DNA from: an uncultured virus (IMG/VR IMGVR_UViG_3300030524_000005)
Taxonomy: Duplodnaviria > Heunggongvirae > Uroviricota > Caudoviricetes
Reading direction: 5' to 3' (one strand)
DNA: 27,853 nucleotides
Virus record (IMG/VR): IMGVR_UViG_3300030524_000005
Part shown: piece after piece, positions 16,119-25,354 of the stretch
Layout: every line of letters begins with the position of its first letter
Position numbering within the stretch: the stretch's first letter is position 1
Program-made: the position numbers and the translations under genes
Notes under the pieces: generated by a model
The model's input: only the letters and a program-made list of their open reading frames with translations
Told to the model about the DNA's origin: nothing
Databases searched by the model: none

Positions 16119-17615
16119 ATGCCCGACTTCGGCTCCCCAGTCGCTACCGGTATAACACCGCCGAACCCTAACCAGCTTACACAATCGTTGTCCGGGATCT
16201 TGAGTCTCAAGAATCAGCAGCAACAGTTGCAGGTCGGGCAAGCGCAAGCGCAGCAGGCTCAGCAGCAGATGCAGGAGCGGCAGCTATTGCAGCAAACGTT
16301 AGCAAGTGGCACGGCGCCAGATGGAACCTCAGTAAAAGACTCTAGCGGCCAGATTGATCCGGTTGCGATGTCGAAATTTGCCAATACATCGCTGCCTCTG
16401 ACGGGGCAAGGTGTGCTGCAGTCGATCATCCAAACGCAGGATAATCACATCAAACTGAATGACTCAATCCGCGGACTGAGCCAGAACGTGAACAATGATC
16501 TATCCGGAATCATTCGCTCAGGCGTCGGCTCGCCCGATCCTGTGGCGACGGTTGGGCCGGCTCTGGATGCGTATGCGCAGCAGAATCCAACTGCTGCTAG
16601 TGCGGTCTCACGCGTCAAAGCACTATCGCAAAACCTCAATCCGCAGATGCCTATGGATCAGCGGAATATGGCAATCCAGCGTCTGGCTCAGCAATTCCAG
16701 CCTGCGGCTACTACGGTGGCGGAACAAACACCGGGCATACGTACTACAACCGGCCCAGGCGGCGGCGTCCAGGCAGTACAGACTAATCCGCTTTCCGCTG
16801 TCCCAATGGGCGCGGTCGGACCAGAAACGGCGCAGGGCATCCCGCTGGGTGAGCGTTCGCAAGTCGGCACCAATGCACTGACCGGTGGCCCCACTGTGGT
16901 CAACAAGAATGGACAGGGGCAAGTTACCGGGATCACGAATGCGCCGACGCAGAACGTCTACGTCCCGCAACCCGGAGACGCACAAGCGATTCCCGGACTC
17001 TCTGCCGAGCGCGAGGCGGCGCGCAATGCATACACAAGCGCTCCTTCTGCTCACACCAACAATCAACTGGTCCTGCAGAATATCGATAACGTTGCGGCAA
17101 CCGGCGCTGTCGGCCAGAAGGCACGCGCCGCCCTCAACGTCTTTGGGCTTGGCCAAGATACCGATGCGGCAACTGCATATGACTTGGTGGGTAAGGGCTT
17201 GGAGCGCTCCGCATTGCAGGCAGCACAGTCGATGGGGCCGAATACAAATGCTGGTCTAGACGCGCAGATCAAGGCTAACGGTTCGCTTGGCTATACGCCC
17301 GCTGCTATCAAAGAAGTGACGAAGCTGAACGATGCTCTTACGACTGGCGTACAGGCGTATCAGCCTGGCCTAGAACGCGCCATCGCTGCGAATCCGTCTG
17401 CTGGCGTTATCGCCAAGCGCCAGTTCGACCAGCAATGGGGCGCGAACTTCGACCCGAACATCTTCAAGTACTACAACGCGATCAAGGCTGGTGACACTGG
17501 CGAGCAGCAGGCTATCGTTAAGCAGTTGGGCGGCCTGAACTCAAAAGGCTACAACGACATGATGCAGAAGGCTCAGAACCTCCAGAAACTGTCTAATACT
17601 GGCGGTTCTCAGTAA
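16119..17615 (+). CDS. DNA ejection protein (gp20 position)
   Basis: TAAGGAG RBS; Gln/Ala-rich; lies between the gp7-like and gp16-like genes. Confidence 0.7.
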   Translation: MPDFGSPVATGITPPNPNQLTQSLSGILSLKNQQQQLQVGQAQAQQAQQQMQERQLLQQTLASGTAPDGTSVKDSSGQIDPVAMSKFANTSLPLTGQGVLQSIIQTQDNHIKLNDSIRGLSQNVNNDLSGIIRSGVGSPDPVATVGPALDAYAQQNPTAASAVSRVKALSQNLNPQMPMDQRNMAIQRLAQQFQPAATTVAEQTPGIRTTTGPGGGVQAVQTNPLSAVPMGAVGPETAQGIPLGERSQVGTNALTGGPTVVNKNGQGQVTGITNAPTQNVYVPQPGDAQAIPGLSAEREAARNAYTSAPSAHTNNQLVLQNIDNVAATGAVGQKARAALNVFGLGQDTDAATAYDLVGKGLERSALQAAQSMGPNTNAGLDAQIKANGSLGYTPAAIKEVTKLNDALTTGVQAYQPGLERAIAANPSAGVIAKRQFDQQWGANFDPNIFKYYNAIKAGDTGEQQAIVKQLGGLNSKGYNDMMQKAQNLQKLSNTGGSQ

Positions 17616-20248
17616 TGGACGATCTGCTCGCCACGATCCAAAGCGGAAACCCGAGCGCGTCGCCGGCCGGACCAGCGCCGGCTGCGTCGTCGGCTAGTGG
17701 CGCATTCAGTCCCTCCCAGAGCTATGGCACGCCAGCAAAGCTGCTCGACAATCTCGCGTGCGAGGAAAGCAGCGGCGACCAGTATGCTATTAACCCGAAA
17801 ACCCAGGCCATGGGTCCGTACCAATTCACCCCATCCACTGTAGCCATGCTGCAAAAGCAGGGCGTCAAGTTCAACCCATTCGACCCGCAAGAAGCGCGTA
17901 ATGCTGCCGACTACTATTTGCAGCAACTCAAAGGGCAGAACGGCGGCAGCTATGAAGGCGCTTTGAAGGCCTATGGCGGGTTCAAGACCGCCGACCCTAC
18001 ACAGTATGTCGCGAAGGCGATGAGCGGTGTAACGGGCCAGCAAAGCGCGCCGGCACCGACGATTCCAGGGCAGTCGAACTCCGGTGCTCAGCCACAGAGC
18101 GACTCGGGTCCAATGTCGGATCTATTCTCGACGCTCCAGCAGGGTCCATCGCAACCTTCGAAGGTTGCGCAACCTGCCGCGCCCGCACCTGATAAGCAGC
18201 CTCCGGCGCAAGGCGGATTTCTCGCTGGCCTAGGCCGGTCGACGGCTGGACTCGCAGATACAGTGCTAGGCGCTCCTGGCGCTGCTGCTGGCGCCGCTGA
18301 CTACGCTGTTCGTCGTGCATTTGGACAGAATCCCCAGCAAGCGCAGCAGAGCTCCGCAGGCGACTTCGGCGGATCAGTCCATCCTGTCGGCAACGCTTTC
18401 GGCGTGACCAACACGCCCGAGTACCAGAATGAAGCATCACAGCAAGCTACGCAGGCCGTAGGCAATGTGGTCGGGAAAGGCGTTAATGCAGTGGCCAGTG
18501 CAACCGGTCTACCGCCGCAAGACGTTTCCAATATGGTGGGGTCTGCATCGATGTTGGTCCCCGGTGCGGCTCACCTCGCTGCTCCGCTAGCGAAAGGCGT
18601 GGCGAACGAAATCGGCTACGCCGCTTCTGCTGCTGGCCAAGGCATAAAGGCTGCGGCTGGCGCTGTCGGAGATGCAGCGTCTGATGCCGCGAAAGCAGTT
18701 GGGCAGACAGCGGGCGACCTCAAGAACGCGACCAGCGTGGCGACTGGGATCAAGACGCCTCAACAAGTCGCTACCGAGCAAGCTGCTGGGCAAGCATCTA
18801 TACCTGTTGTAGGCGCTGGTGCTGCAGGCCGTCCGAGTATGGGCGCGGCGGGAACCTCGTTCGCGCAGCAGGCTGCGGCCGAGGGCGTTCCCGATGCGCT
18901 TGTCGGGAAAATTGCCGCGGCGGAAAAGAGTGGCACCTTGAACCCCGTCTCAGCAGGCCGGCACATCGAGGCCGGTTCTTTGCCAGTTCCGATCGATCTG
19001 ACTGCCGGACAAGCGAGTAGCGACGTGCGTTTACTCTCCGACGAATTGAATGCTCGAGGAAAGAACCCTGAACTGGCGAACCGCTTCAATATGCAGAATG
19101 GCCAGATCGCTGACAACCTCAGTGCGATCCGGGATCAAGTCTCGCCAAACGTAAATGTTCCCTCTGGCGCGCCGACGGGACAAGCGCTTGTTGATGCATA
19201 CAAGCAGATGGACGCGCCGATCACGCAGCAGATTTCTGATCTGTATTCCAAGGCACGCGGCGCCGACGGCACACCCGCTTTGGTCAACGCTGCGCCGCAG
19301 ATGAAAGATTTCGCTTCGCAGATCGGTCCCACACGGTTCAATGCGCTGCCATCTAACGTTCAACAGATCTTCCGCGACGCAAGCGCCAATCAGGTATCTC
19401 TCCCGGCTGGCTTCGAGCAGAACGGTTCGTCAGTGCGTCCGATGAATGTCGGCGACTTGATGGATATCGATAAAACGCTCTCGGGAGCCATGCGCGGCGC
19501 CACGGATGGTTCAGTTCGGCACGACATCGGCGCACTGCGCGATAGCGTCGTGAATTCTCAGCTTGACCCTTCGGCGGCGGGATCGGACGCCTTCGCAGCG
19601 TACAAGACCGCGCAGGCGAGTGCGCGAGCGCGTTTCCAAGCGATGGACTCGGACCCAGCCTACAAAGCCGCAGTGAACGATATAGCGCCCGCGGGAGAGC
19701 CTTCTGCGCTGGCCGATGACTTCGTGCGCAAGTACGTGGCTGGCGGGAAGACTTCAAACGTACAGAACATGATGCAGAACCTGTCGAATGATCCGGTCAA
19801 TTCGGAGCTCGTCGCTTCCGGGTTGATGGACCATATCAGGAGCCAGGCCGGTGTCGACCTACGCACTGGGTCGGGGAATATCAGTCAAGCGGGCCTGAAT
19901 AAATCCCTTCAAAACTTGGGCGATAAGACGCGCATTGTGCTCGGTCCAGAGGCATCGCAGACGGTCGAGAAACTCGGCAATGTTGCGCGCTACACGCAGG
20001 AGCAACCGCGAGGCAGCTATGTCAATAACAGCAACACATTTGTTGCGTCGGTCGCAAACGCTGCCAAGTCATCGGCAGAGGGTGCGGCTAACGTTGCGGC
20101 TCATGGGATTCCCGTTGGAACATGGACCCGGCAGGCACTCGCAAGGCGTGCTGATGCAAAATCCGTGGCCAGCTCGCTTGAGCCGGGTGCCGGACTTAAG
20201 TCGGTTCCGCTCAATCAATTACTCAATAAAACAAAGGGGAATCCTTAA
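17615..20248 (+). CDS. Large ejection protein (gp16 position) with N-terminal lytic transglycosylase domain
   Basis: SLT motifs EESSG (catalytic Glu), AMGPYQFTPST, FDPQEARNAADYYL and ALKAYGG, followed by a long Ala/Gly-rich helical body. Confidence 0.85.
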   Translation: MDDLLATIQSGNPSASPAGPAPAASSASGAFSPSQSYGTPAKLLDNLACEESSGDQYAINPKTQAMGPYQFTPSTVAMLQKQGVKFNPFDPQEARNAADYYLQQLKGQNGGSYEGALKAYGGFKTADPTQYVAKAMSGVTGQQSAPAPTIPGQSNSGAQPQSDSGPMSDLFSTLQQGPSQPSKVAQPAAPAPDKQPPAQGGFLAGLGRSTAGLADTVLGAPGAAAGAADYAVRRAFGQNPQQAQQSSAGDFGGSVHPVGNAFGVTNTPEYQNEASQQATQAVGNVVGKGVNAVASATGLPPQDVSNMVGSASMLVPGAAHLAAPLAKGVANEIGYAASAAGQGIKAAAGAVGDAASDAAKAVGQTAGDLKNATSVATGIKTPQQVATEQAAGQASIPVVGAGAAGRPSMGAAGTSFAQQAAAEGVPDALVGKIAAAEKSGTLNPVSAGRHIEAGSLPVPIDLTAGQASSDVRLLSDELNARGKNPELANRFNMQNGQIADNLSAIRDQVSPNVNVPSGAPTGQALVDAYKQMDAPITQQISDLYSKARGADGTPALVNAAPQMKDFASQIGPTRFNALPSNVQQIFRDASANQVSLPAGFEQNGSSVRPMNVGDLMDIDKTLSGAMRGATDGSVRHDIGALRDSVVNSQLDPSAAGSDAFAAYKTAQASARARFQAMDSDPAYKAAVNDIAPAGEPSALADDFVRKYVAGGKTSNVQNMMQNLSNDPVNSELVASGLMDHIRSQAGVDLRTGSGNISQAGLNKSLQNLGDKTRIVLGPEASQTVEKLGNVARYTQEQPRGSYVNNSNTFVASVANAAKSSAEGAANVAAHGIPVGTWTRQALARRADAKSVASSLEPGAGLKSVPLNQLLNKTKGNP

Positions 20249-20256
20249 TGGTTTCC

Positions 20257-20769
20257 CTATGCCTTTGTAAAGCGGCCCGTTCTTTCGTCTCTTCCGCCGC
20301 GCTTATTAGCGAGTTGCTCTTTTCTGGTCGCCCAACGGAAATTATTCGGCGCGTATGGCCCATCATTATCGACGCGATCAATTTCGAGATTCCCGGGCCT
20401 TTCTCCGACGTCAGCGAGAAAATATGGGAAATTCAGCCATCTATCACAGACGACTATTCCCCTGCCACCATAGCAATGGAAGGCTGGATTTTCCGGATTG
20501 TTGCAGCGATCTATCATTGCTCGCCATACCCAATAAAGAGGCGTATTAGATTTTCCGCTCCGAATATACTTCCTTCCTGTCGGAGTAACACATCCGCAAG
20601 ATATGAGCACGCTTTGCCGGAAACCACTGATGATTTTTTCGTTTCCACAAGAGCATTTACAGAGCCACTGCGTCGACTTCCCATCCCCCGATCCCCTAGG
20701 AATTCTTCGAATAGCGGTCAGTTCGCCATGAACTTCGCCCGGTTGGATCCGTGTATTTTTATTCGGCAT
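20257..20769 (-). CDS. HNH-type homing endonuclease-like protein, antisense to the late operon
   Basis: WLCKCSCG, SCGC, WRAMIDRC, YGGRGIVVCDRW and IDRVDNDGPYAPNNFRWAT; AGGAG RBS on the - strand. Confidence 0.85.
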   Translation of the reverse strand: MPNKNTRIQPGEVHGELTAIRRIPRGSGDGKSTQWLCKCSCGNEKIISGFRQSVLISCGCVTPTGRKYIRSGKSNTPLYWVWRAMIDRCNNPENPAFHCYGGRGIVVCDRWLNFPYFLADVGERPGNLEIDRVDNDGPYAPNNFRWATRKEQLANKRGGRDERTGRFTKA

Positions 20770-20809
20770 CTACCGCTCCTAACCATAAATACTGTTTCTG
20801 GATAATATC

Positions 20810-23083
20810 ATGGGAACGTCTGTCGTTCAGGCACCTGACGCAATATTGCAATTTTTCAATAATGCGGGGCTACCAAATGTCGGTGGAAGTCTGCTAACCC
20901 AGGTTGGCGGCGTCAACTATCCAACATTCGAGGATGCTGCTGGTAGCACTCCGCTGCCTAATCCGATCCCTTTGAACTCCCGTGGCGAGATTTCCAATTC
21001 GTCCGGTGTATCGAGTCAGCTTTTCCTTTTCGATGCGGTCGTTTATACCTTCACGCTATTCGATGCACACGGAAATCAAATTTGGGTTGCCGAAAATGTC
21101 ACAAGCGGCGGGGCAGAAACAGGCAGCATGACCGACGAAGGCCCATTCCTGGCCGGACCAACATTTACCGGTTCCATCACTGGAACTGCATTGACTATCA
21201 GCGGAGTGACCGGATCGGTTGCCATTGGTCAGACGTTGTTCGGCGCTGGTGTAACCGCAGGAACGACGATCACGGGGGGGGCCGGTACCTCATGGACCGT
21301 CAGCACACCGCAAACCGTCGCCTCTGAGCCAATGTCCTCGGCAGGCACAGATCAGTTTGCGCCTGGATTCAGCACGGTCCTGACCCTGGTCGGTTTCTAT
21401 GGCAGCAAGTCGAATCTATGGATCCAGTTCGATGCTGCCTCGCAGGGAGAGGATACGTTTGGCCTCAATAATTTCACGTTGACCTTCAATGCTCCTATCC
21501 CCATTGGTGTTCAAGCTATCTACATAAAAGGAGGCACTACAGTCAGTATTGGTGCACCCGGAACAGGGACAGTTACAGATTCCACCGTAGCCGCCAATGC
21601 AGGGATCGAGGCATCCAAGCTTTCCTATACTGCGCCCTACACTGGCGCCGTCGCTGAAACTGTCCAGGCACGGCTTTCAAATTCGGTCTCGGTAAAGGAT
21701 TTCGGGGCAACCGGCAATGGTACAACTGACGATACGACAGCATTCCAGAGCGCCATCAACTCGGGCGCCACTCGGATCAGCGTGCCGGCTGGCACCTATC
21801 TGATTACCAAGACGCTCAACTTCACGAATCGTGGGAGCGTGCCTTTAGTCATAAGTGGCGACGGGGGATACTTAGAACAAAATACGGGGACAACGCTTCT
21901 ATTCCAGACGGGCACATGGATGGCCGATATGACTGGCTGTCAATTCCTACATCTAGAGCATATGCGCTGGTTTTCCAATGGCGCCGCGACTGGTTTTTCG
22001 ACGCTAGGCTGTCTGTACGCGAGGTCAACTGTAGTCGGCTTCGCCATATTCAACTCGATGTTCAAGATGATCATTGAGTTGCCGTCAAGCTCAGGAAGTA
22101 GCGCGGGGTCTATCGCGCTAGCAGACAACTGCATGGAAAATTGTCTGTTCGATATGTGCTGGTTTCTTTCCGACACTCCTTATGCTTCCACATTGGCGAA
22201 TGAGTTAAGTTTCGTGTCAACGTACGCGACAGTCGCTAACACTACGTTCAGCAATACCGACAAAACGTTTAGGCAATGTATTTTCTTGGCTAGGAACGGA
22301 ACGGGCTGCTTCTTACAGGGAGTGGCCGATACCACATTTGATCAGTGCAATTGGTCTCTAAATGGCGCTCTAGGCGGCGCCATAGCCGCAGCCATGACGA
22401 TTTTGTCATCGGCGGATGGTTACCAGAACTGCTCAAACATACGATTCACTGGGGATTTTGAATCATTCCCAGCAATCGCAGCACTTACCGGAAATACAGA
22501 AGGCCTCGTATTCGACTGCACCTCGGCGGGCCTGACAGGTTCGGCATATATCCTAAACACATCGGGCACCACTCACGATGGCATGAAGGTAAAGGTTAAT
22601 ACGCTGTCCGGAGCGCAATTGAAGATGATCCTCACTAGCTCCGGATCATCGATAGTGAACAATGCCGAAGTCCATATGAATAATGGGCAGACACTACTAG
22701 ATGGGGCACTCACGATCAATGGCGGGACGATTTACGGCGGAGCAAATGATCTTTCCAATTCTGGCGTTCTGTCGATCGCTCCAGCATCAAGTTTTATCGC
22801 AACTTACGAGAACTCAAAGCTGACTGGGAGCGTGTCTTGGGCGCCAGGTTCTGTGCCCGGCAATAGTACCGTTCTGTTTCCCGGAACAGTTACAGTGCCT
22901 GGCGCGGTAGGAGGGTCTTCCGTAGCAGTAAAGGTGCCATATGCGATACCATTTTGTATCGCTAGTGGCTTCGTAACGACCAGCAATCAGGTTGAGCTTA
23001 TGCTTTCCAATGTCAACGGCGCTGCATCCGCAGCTTTCGGTACTGGCACTTGGATAGTGGAAGTGAAGAAGGTCTACGCTTGA
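20810..23083 (+). CDS. Tailspike / tail fibre with pectate-lyase-like beta-helix (putative depolymerase)
   Basis: Virion-attachment-type N-terminus (QFFNNAGLP...NPIPLNSRGE), VSVKDFGATGNGTTDDTTAFQSAIN...VPAGTYLI beta-helix entry motif, and a C-terminal beta-sandwich. Confidence 0.88.
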   Translation: MGTSVVQAPDAILQFFNNAGLPNVGGSLLTQVGGVNYPTFEDAAGSTPLPNPIPLNSRGEISNSSGVSSQLFLFDAVVYTFTLFDAHGNQIWVAENVTSGGAETGSMTDEGPFLAGPTFTGSITGTALTISGVTGSVAIGQTLFGAGVTAGTTITGGAGTSWTVSTPQTVASEPMSSAGTDQFAPGFSTVLTLVGFYGSKSNLWIQFDAASQGEDTFGLNNFTLTFNAPIPIGVQAIYIKGGTTVSIGAPGTGTVTDSTVAANAGIEASKLSYTAPYTGAVAETVQARLSNSVSVKDFGATGNGTTDDTTAFQSAINSGATRISVPAGTYLITKTLNFTNRGSVPLVISGDGGYLEQNTGTTLLFQTGTWMADMTGCQFLHLEHMRWFSNGAATGFSTLGCLYARSTVVGFAIFNSMFKMIIELPSSSGSSAGSIALADNCMENCLFDMCWFLSDTPYASTLANELSFVSTYATVANTTFSNTDKTFRQCIFLARNGTGCFLQGVADTTFDQCNWSLNGALGGAIAAAMTILSSADGYQNCSNIRFTGDFESFPAIAALTGNTEGLVFDCTSAGLTGSAYILNTSGTTHDGMKVKVNTLSGAQLKMILTSSGSSIVNNAEVHMNNGQTLLDGALTINGGTIYGGANDLSNSGVLSIAPASSFIATYENSKLTGSVSWAPGSVPGNSTVLFPGTVTVPGAVGGSSVAVKVPYAIPFCIASGFVTTSNQVELMLSNVNGAASAAFGTGTWIVEVKKVYA

Positions 23084-23091
23084 GGATGAAA

Positions 23092-23697
23092 ATGAAACGA
23101 CTATTTATCTCACTGTTCAGTGCAGCATCGATCTGTGCACATGCTGCCACAAATCTCCCGATCCAACTGATAAGCCCGGTTGGTTCGACAAGTGGACAGG
23201 CAATAGTTTCAACCGGAGCTTCGAGCGCGCCGGCTTGGACTGCGGTAGTTGGCGCATCATCTCCGACAATCACGACTCCGAATATTATCGGTGTAACTAA
23301 TACATCAAATGCGGCAGCTGGAAGCGTAGGAGAGGTCATAACAGCACAGAGTGGGGCAGTTTCTCTCTCGACATCGACATCGACAAATATCATAAGCATT
23401 CCGCTAACTCCTGGCGATTGGGATGTTCGCGGGAATGTTGAGTATGATCCGGCTGGCACGACGATTTTTGTGCAGTCTGTATCTGGAATTTCTGTTACTT
23501 CCGCCACTCTTCCAAGTTCACCATTGAAGGCCGTGAGTAATTACCCAAGCATAGCTGGCAATCAGCAGTCTTCTTTTTTGCCAATTACCCGCGTCAACAT
23601 TTCTTCTCCAACTACAGTTTTTGTAGTTGGATTTGCAGGGTTTACGGTTAGCACTTTGACTGCAACAGCATACATTGCTGCTCGACGTATTCGCTAA
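23092..23697 (+). CDS. Fibre-like beta protein with predicted Sec signal peptide
   Basis: GAGG RBS; MKRLFISLFSAASICAHA-A signal-like N-terminus; NAAAGSVGE...SIPLTPGDWDVRG...ARRIR domain recalled from phage fibre C-termini. Confidence 0.7.
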   Translation: MKRLFISLFSAASICAHAATNLPIQLISPVGSTSGQAIVSTGASSAPAWTAVVGASSPTITTPNIIGVTNTSNAAAGSVGEVITAQSGAVSLSTSTSTNIISIPLTPGDWDVRGNVEYDPAGTTIFVQSVSGISVTSATLPSSPLKAVSNYPSIAGNQQSSFLPITRVNISSPTTVFVVGFAGFTVSTLTATAYIAARRIR

Positions 23698-23706
23698 GGA
23701 AGCAAA

Positions 23707-23880
23707 ATGAGCCTTGATCAAGCGATTCCATGCCGCTGGTGTTCGCATTTCCACGGCGATATTTGTCCGCATGTTAAGGCGCTAGAATTCGCAGAGGATG
23801 GCGTGACTGTCATTCGCGTTGAGTTCCTAACGCCGAACGATCGTCTGCATACCGATATTCCGCACGGAGCGAAGTCATGA
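23707..23880 (+). CDS. Small putative Zn-binding protein (57 aa)
   Basis: Read manually: MSLDQAIPCRWCSHFHGDICPHVKALEF...GAKS. TAAGGA RBS; ATGA overlap with the next gene. Confidence 0.65.
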   Translation: MSLDQAIPCRWCSHFHGDICPHVKALEFAEDGVTVIRVEFLTPNDRLHTDIPHGAKS

Positions 23881-24194
23881 CATTAGACGGTGGATGGGCC
23901 CTGATCATATCAGGCATCCTAGTGATCGTCGTGGGAGGCGCTAGTGCTCTCATATGGCGCCATGTGGATAATGCACAAGGCGACGCGAATGAGGCCCGCA
24001 AGGAAGTTATAGAGCTTTTGAAAGAGATGCACAGGTTCAAGGAAGAGAGTCTGCGTTTCGAGACATACGTCGAAAAAACGTTTGCACGCGTCTCGGGGGT
24101 GGAGCGCATGGAGACGATTCTATCGGCAACGATGGTGCGCTTTGAAACGAAGCTGGATTCACTTCTAGGCCACAGAGTAACGACTCATGGCTAG
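23877..24194 (+). CDS. Membrane protein of the lysis cassette (holin/antiholin-like)
   Basis: One N-terminal TM segment plus a coiled coil; directly upstream of the endolysin. Confidence 0.6.
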   Translation: MTLDGGWALIISGILVIVVGGASALIWRHVDNAQGDANEARKEVIELLKEMHRFKEESLRFETYVEKTFARVSGVERMETILSATMVRFETKLDSLLGHRVTTHG

Positions 24195-24696
24195 AATATC
24201 AATCGACCTGGCAGGAGGCCAGAACCGAATTGCATTCTTGGATATGGTCGCAGGGAGCGAAGGCACTGTGACCGATCCTGCAACCCTGGACGATGGGTAT
24301 GATGTACTCGTAACTGGTATGAATGGACCGCAGCGGTTCGATAGCTACGCGTCGCACCCTGACGTGCTGGTGACAGTAAATACCAGCGGACTTCAATCTA
24401 CTGCTGCGGGCCGGTATCAGCTTCTCTATCGATACTGGCTCGCGTACCAAGCGAACCTCAATTTGCCCGACTTCAGCCCGATCTCGCAGGATAGGATTGC
24501 ATTGCAGCAGATCAGGGAAAGAGGCGCTCTTCCATTTATCGATGCCGGTAATTTCCCGAAGGCAGTTTCTTTGTGCTCGAATATTTGGGCTAGCCTGCCC
24601 GGAAATGGGTACGGTCAGCATCAGAACACTATCGCGACGCTTATGTCAGCCTATCAGTTGGCTGGCGGCACTTTATCGGTCGGAGTTGCTTCATGA
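24187..24696 (+). CDS. Endolysin, lambda R-like transglycosylase (GH104)
   Basis: AFLDMVAGSEGT, STAAGRYQLL, DFSPISQD and IWASLPGNGYGQ. Confidence 0.93.
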   Translation: MARISIDLAGGQNRIAFLDMVAGSEGTVTDPATLDDGYDVLVTGMNGPQRFDSYASHPDVLVTVNTSGLQSTAAGRYQLLYRYWLAYQANLNLPDFSPISQDRIALQQIRERGALPFIDAGNFPKAVSLCSNIWASLPGNGYGQHQNTIATLMSAYQLAGGTLSVGVAS

Positions 24697-24908
24697 ATTC
24701 AACCATAACAACATATATTGTTTCCTGCTTCCTATATAGCTTATGGGCGGCTCTCGTGATCTTGGGCAAGGCAGACTCACAACCGCTTACGATCGCGCTA
24801 GGGGCTGGTGTAGCCACCTTGCTGGGCTTCCACGGCGCATACCAAGCAATCACTAAACTCCAAGCGGTCGAGCCAGACCCTTTGGCCCAGGCCGGTGCGC
24901 AGAAATAG
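24693..24908 (+). CDS. Putative holin (two TM segments)
   Basis: 71 aa with two hydrophobic stretches; ATGA overlap with the endolysin. Confidence 0.55.
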   Translation: MNSTITTYIVSCFLYSLWAALVILGKADSQPLTIALGAGVATLLGFHGAYQAITKLQAVEPDPLAQAGAQK

Positions 24909-24964
24909 ACGAGACCGGCAAAAAAGTTTTTCCGCAGTCCAACCCTAGTAAAGAGGTGATCACC

Positions 24965-25351
24965 ATGTCCAGCACCACTGCATCATCGATTTTCGCGCAA
25001 CTCGCGCAACTCGCCGCATCGGAAGCATTTCCGCCTGTGCTGACGCTCGTCAATTCGACGCTGGCAGATATCGAAGCCAATCCCGCAGAATGGGTGAACC
25101 CTGCATCCGCCACGATCAAAGGAACCGCATTCGTTGCGAATCTGGTAGCTACCCTGCCCGCCATCGAAAACGCCGCTGTTCCGGCCGCTGCTCAGCTCAT
25201 CAGTGCCGCGCTCGCCGCCATCAGCGCAAAGCTAGCGGCTCCCGGCGCGCTCACCCCGACTTCGGTGGGAACCGCAATTGGCAACGACATCACCGGCACG
25301 GCTGCTGCGACTCCAGCACCCGCTGCTGTCGCCGGTATCGCAGCGAGCTAA
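24965..25351 (+). CDS. Ala-rich hypothetical protein
   Basis: GAGGTG RBS before ATG 24965; amphipathic helical pattern. Confidence 0.7.
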   Translation: MSSTTASSIFAQLAQLAASEAFPPVLTLVNSTLADIEANPAEWVNPASATIKGTAFVANLVATLPAIENAAVPAAAQLISAALAAISAKLAAPGALTPTSVGTAIGNDITGTAAATPAPAAVAGIAAS

Positions 25352-25354
25352 GCC

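Noticed and set aside
20248..20809. Self-splicing intron carrying the HNH gene
   Set aside because: The HNH gene is antisense and fills nearly the whole interval, leaving no room for a group I or II core.
20810..23697. Diversity-generating retroelement or invertible tail-fibre system
   Set aside because: No reverse transcriptase, invertase or near-identical nucleotide repeat was seen. The shared tail domain is diverged at many positions, not only adenines.
24994..25016. Short tandem repeat CGCGCAACT x2 (similarly TCGACA x3 near 23370)
   Set aside because: These encode AQL-AQL and STSTST within genes; too short to indicate an array.
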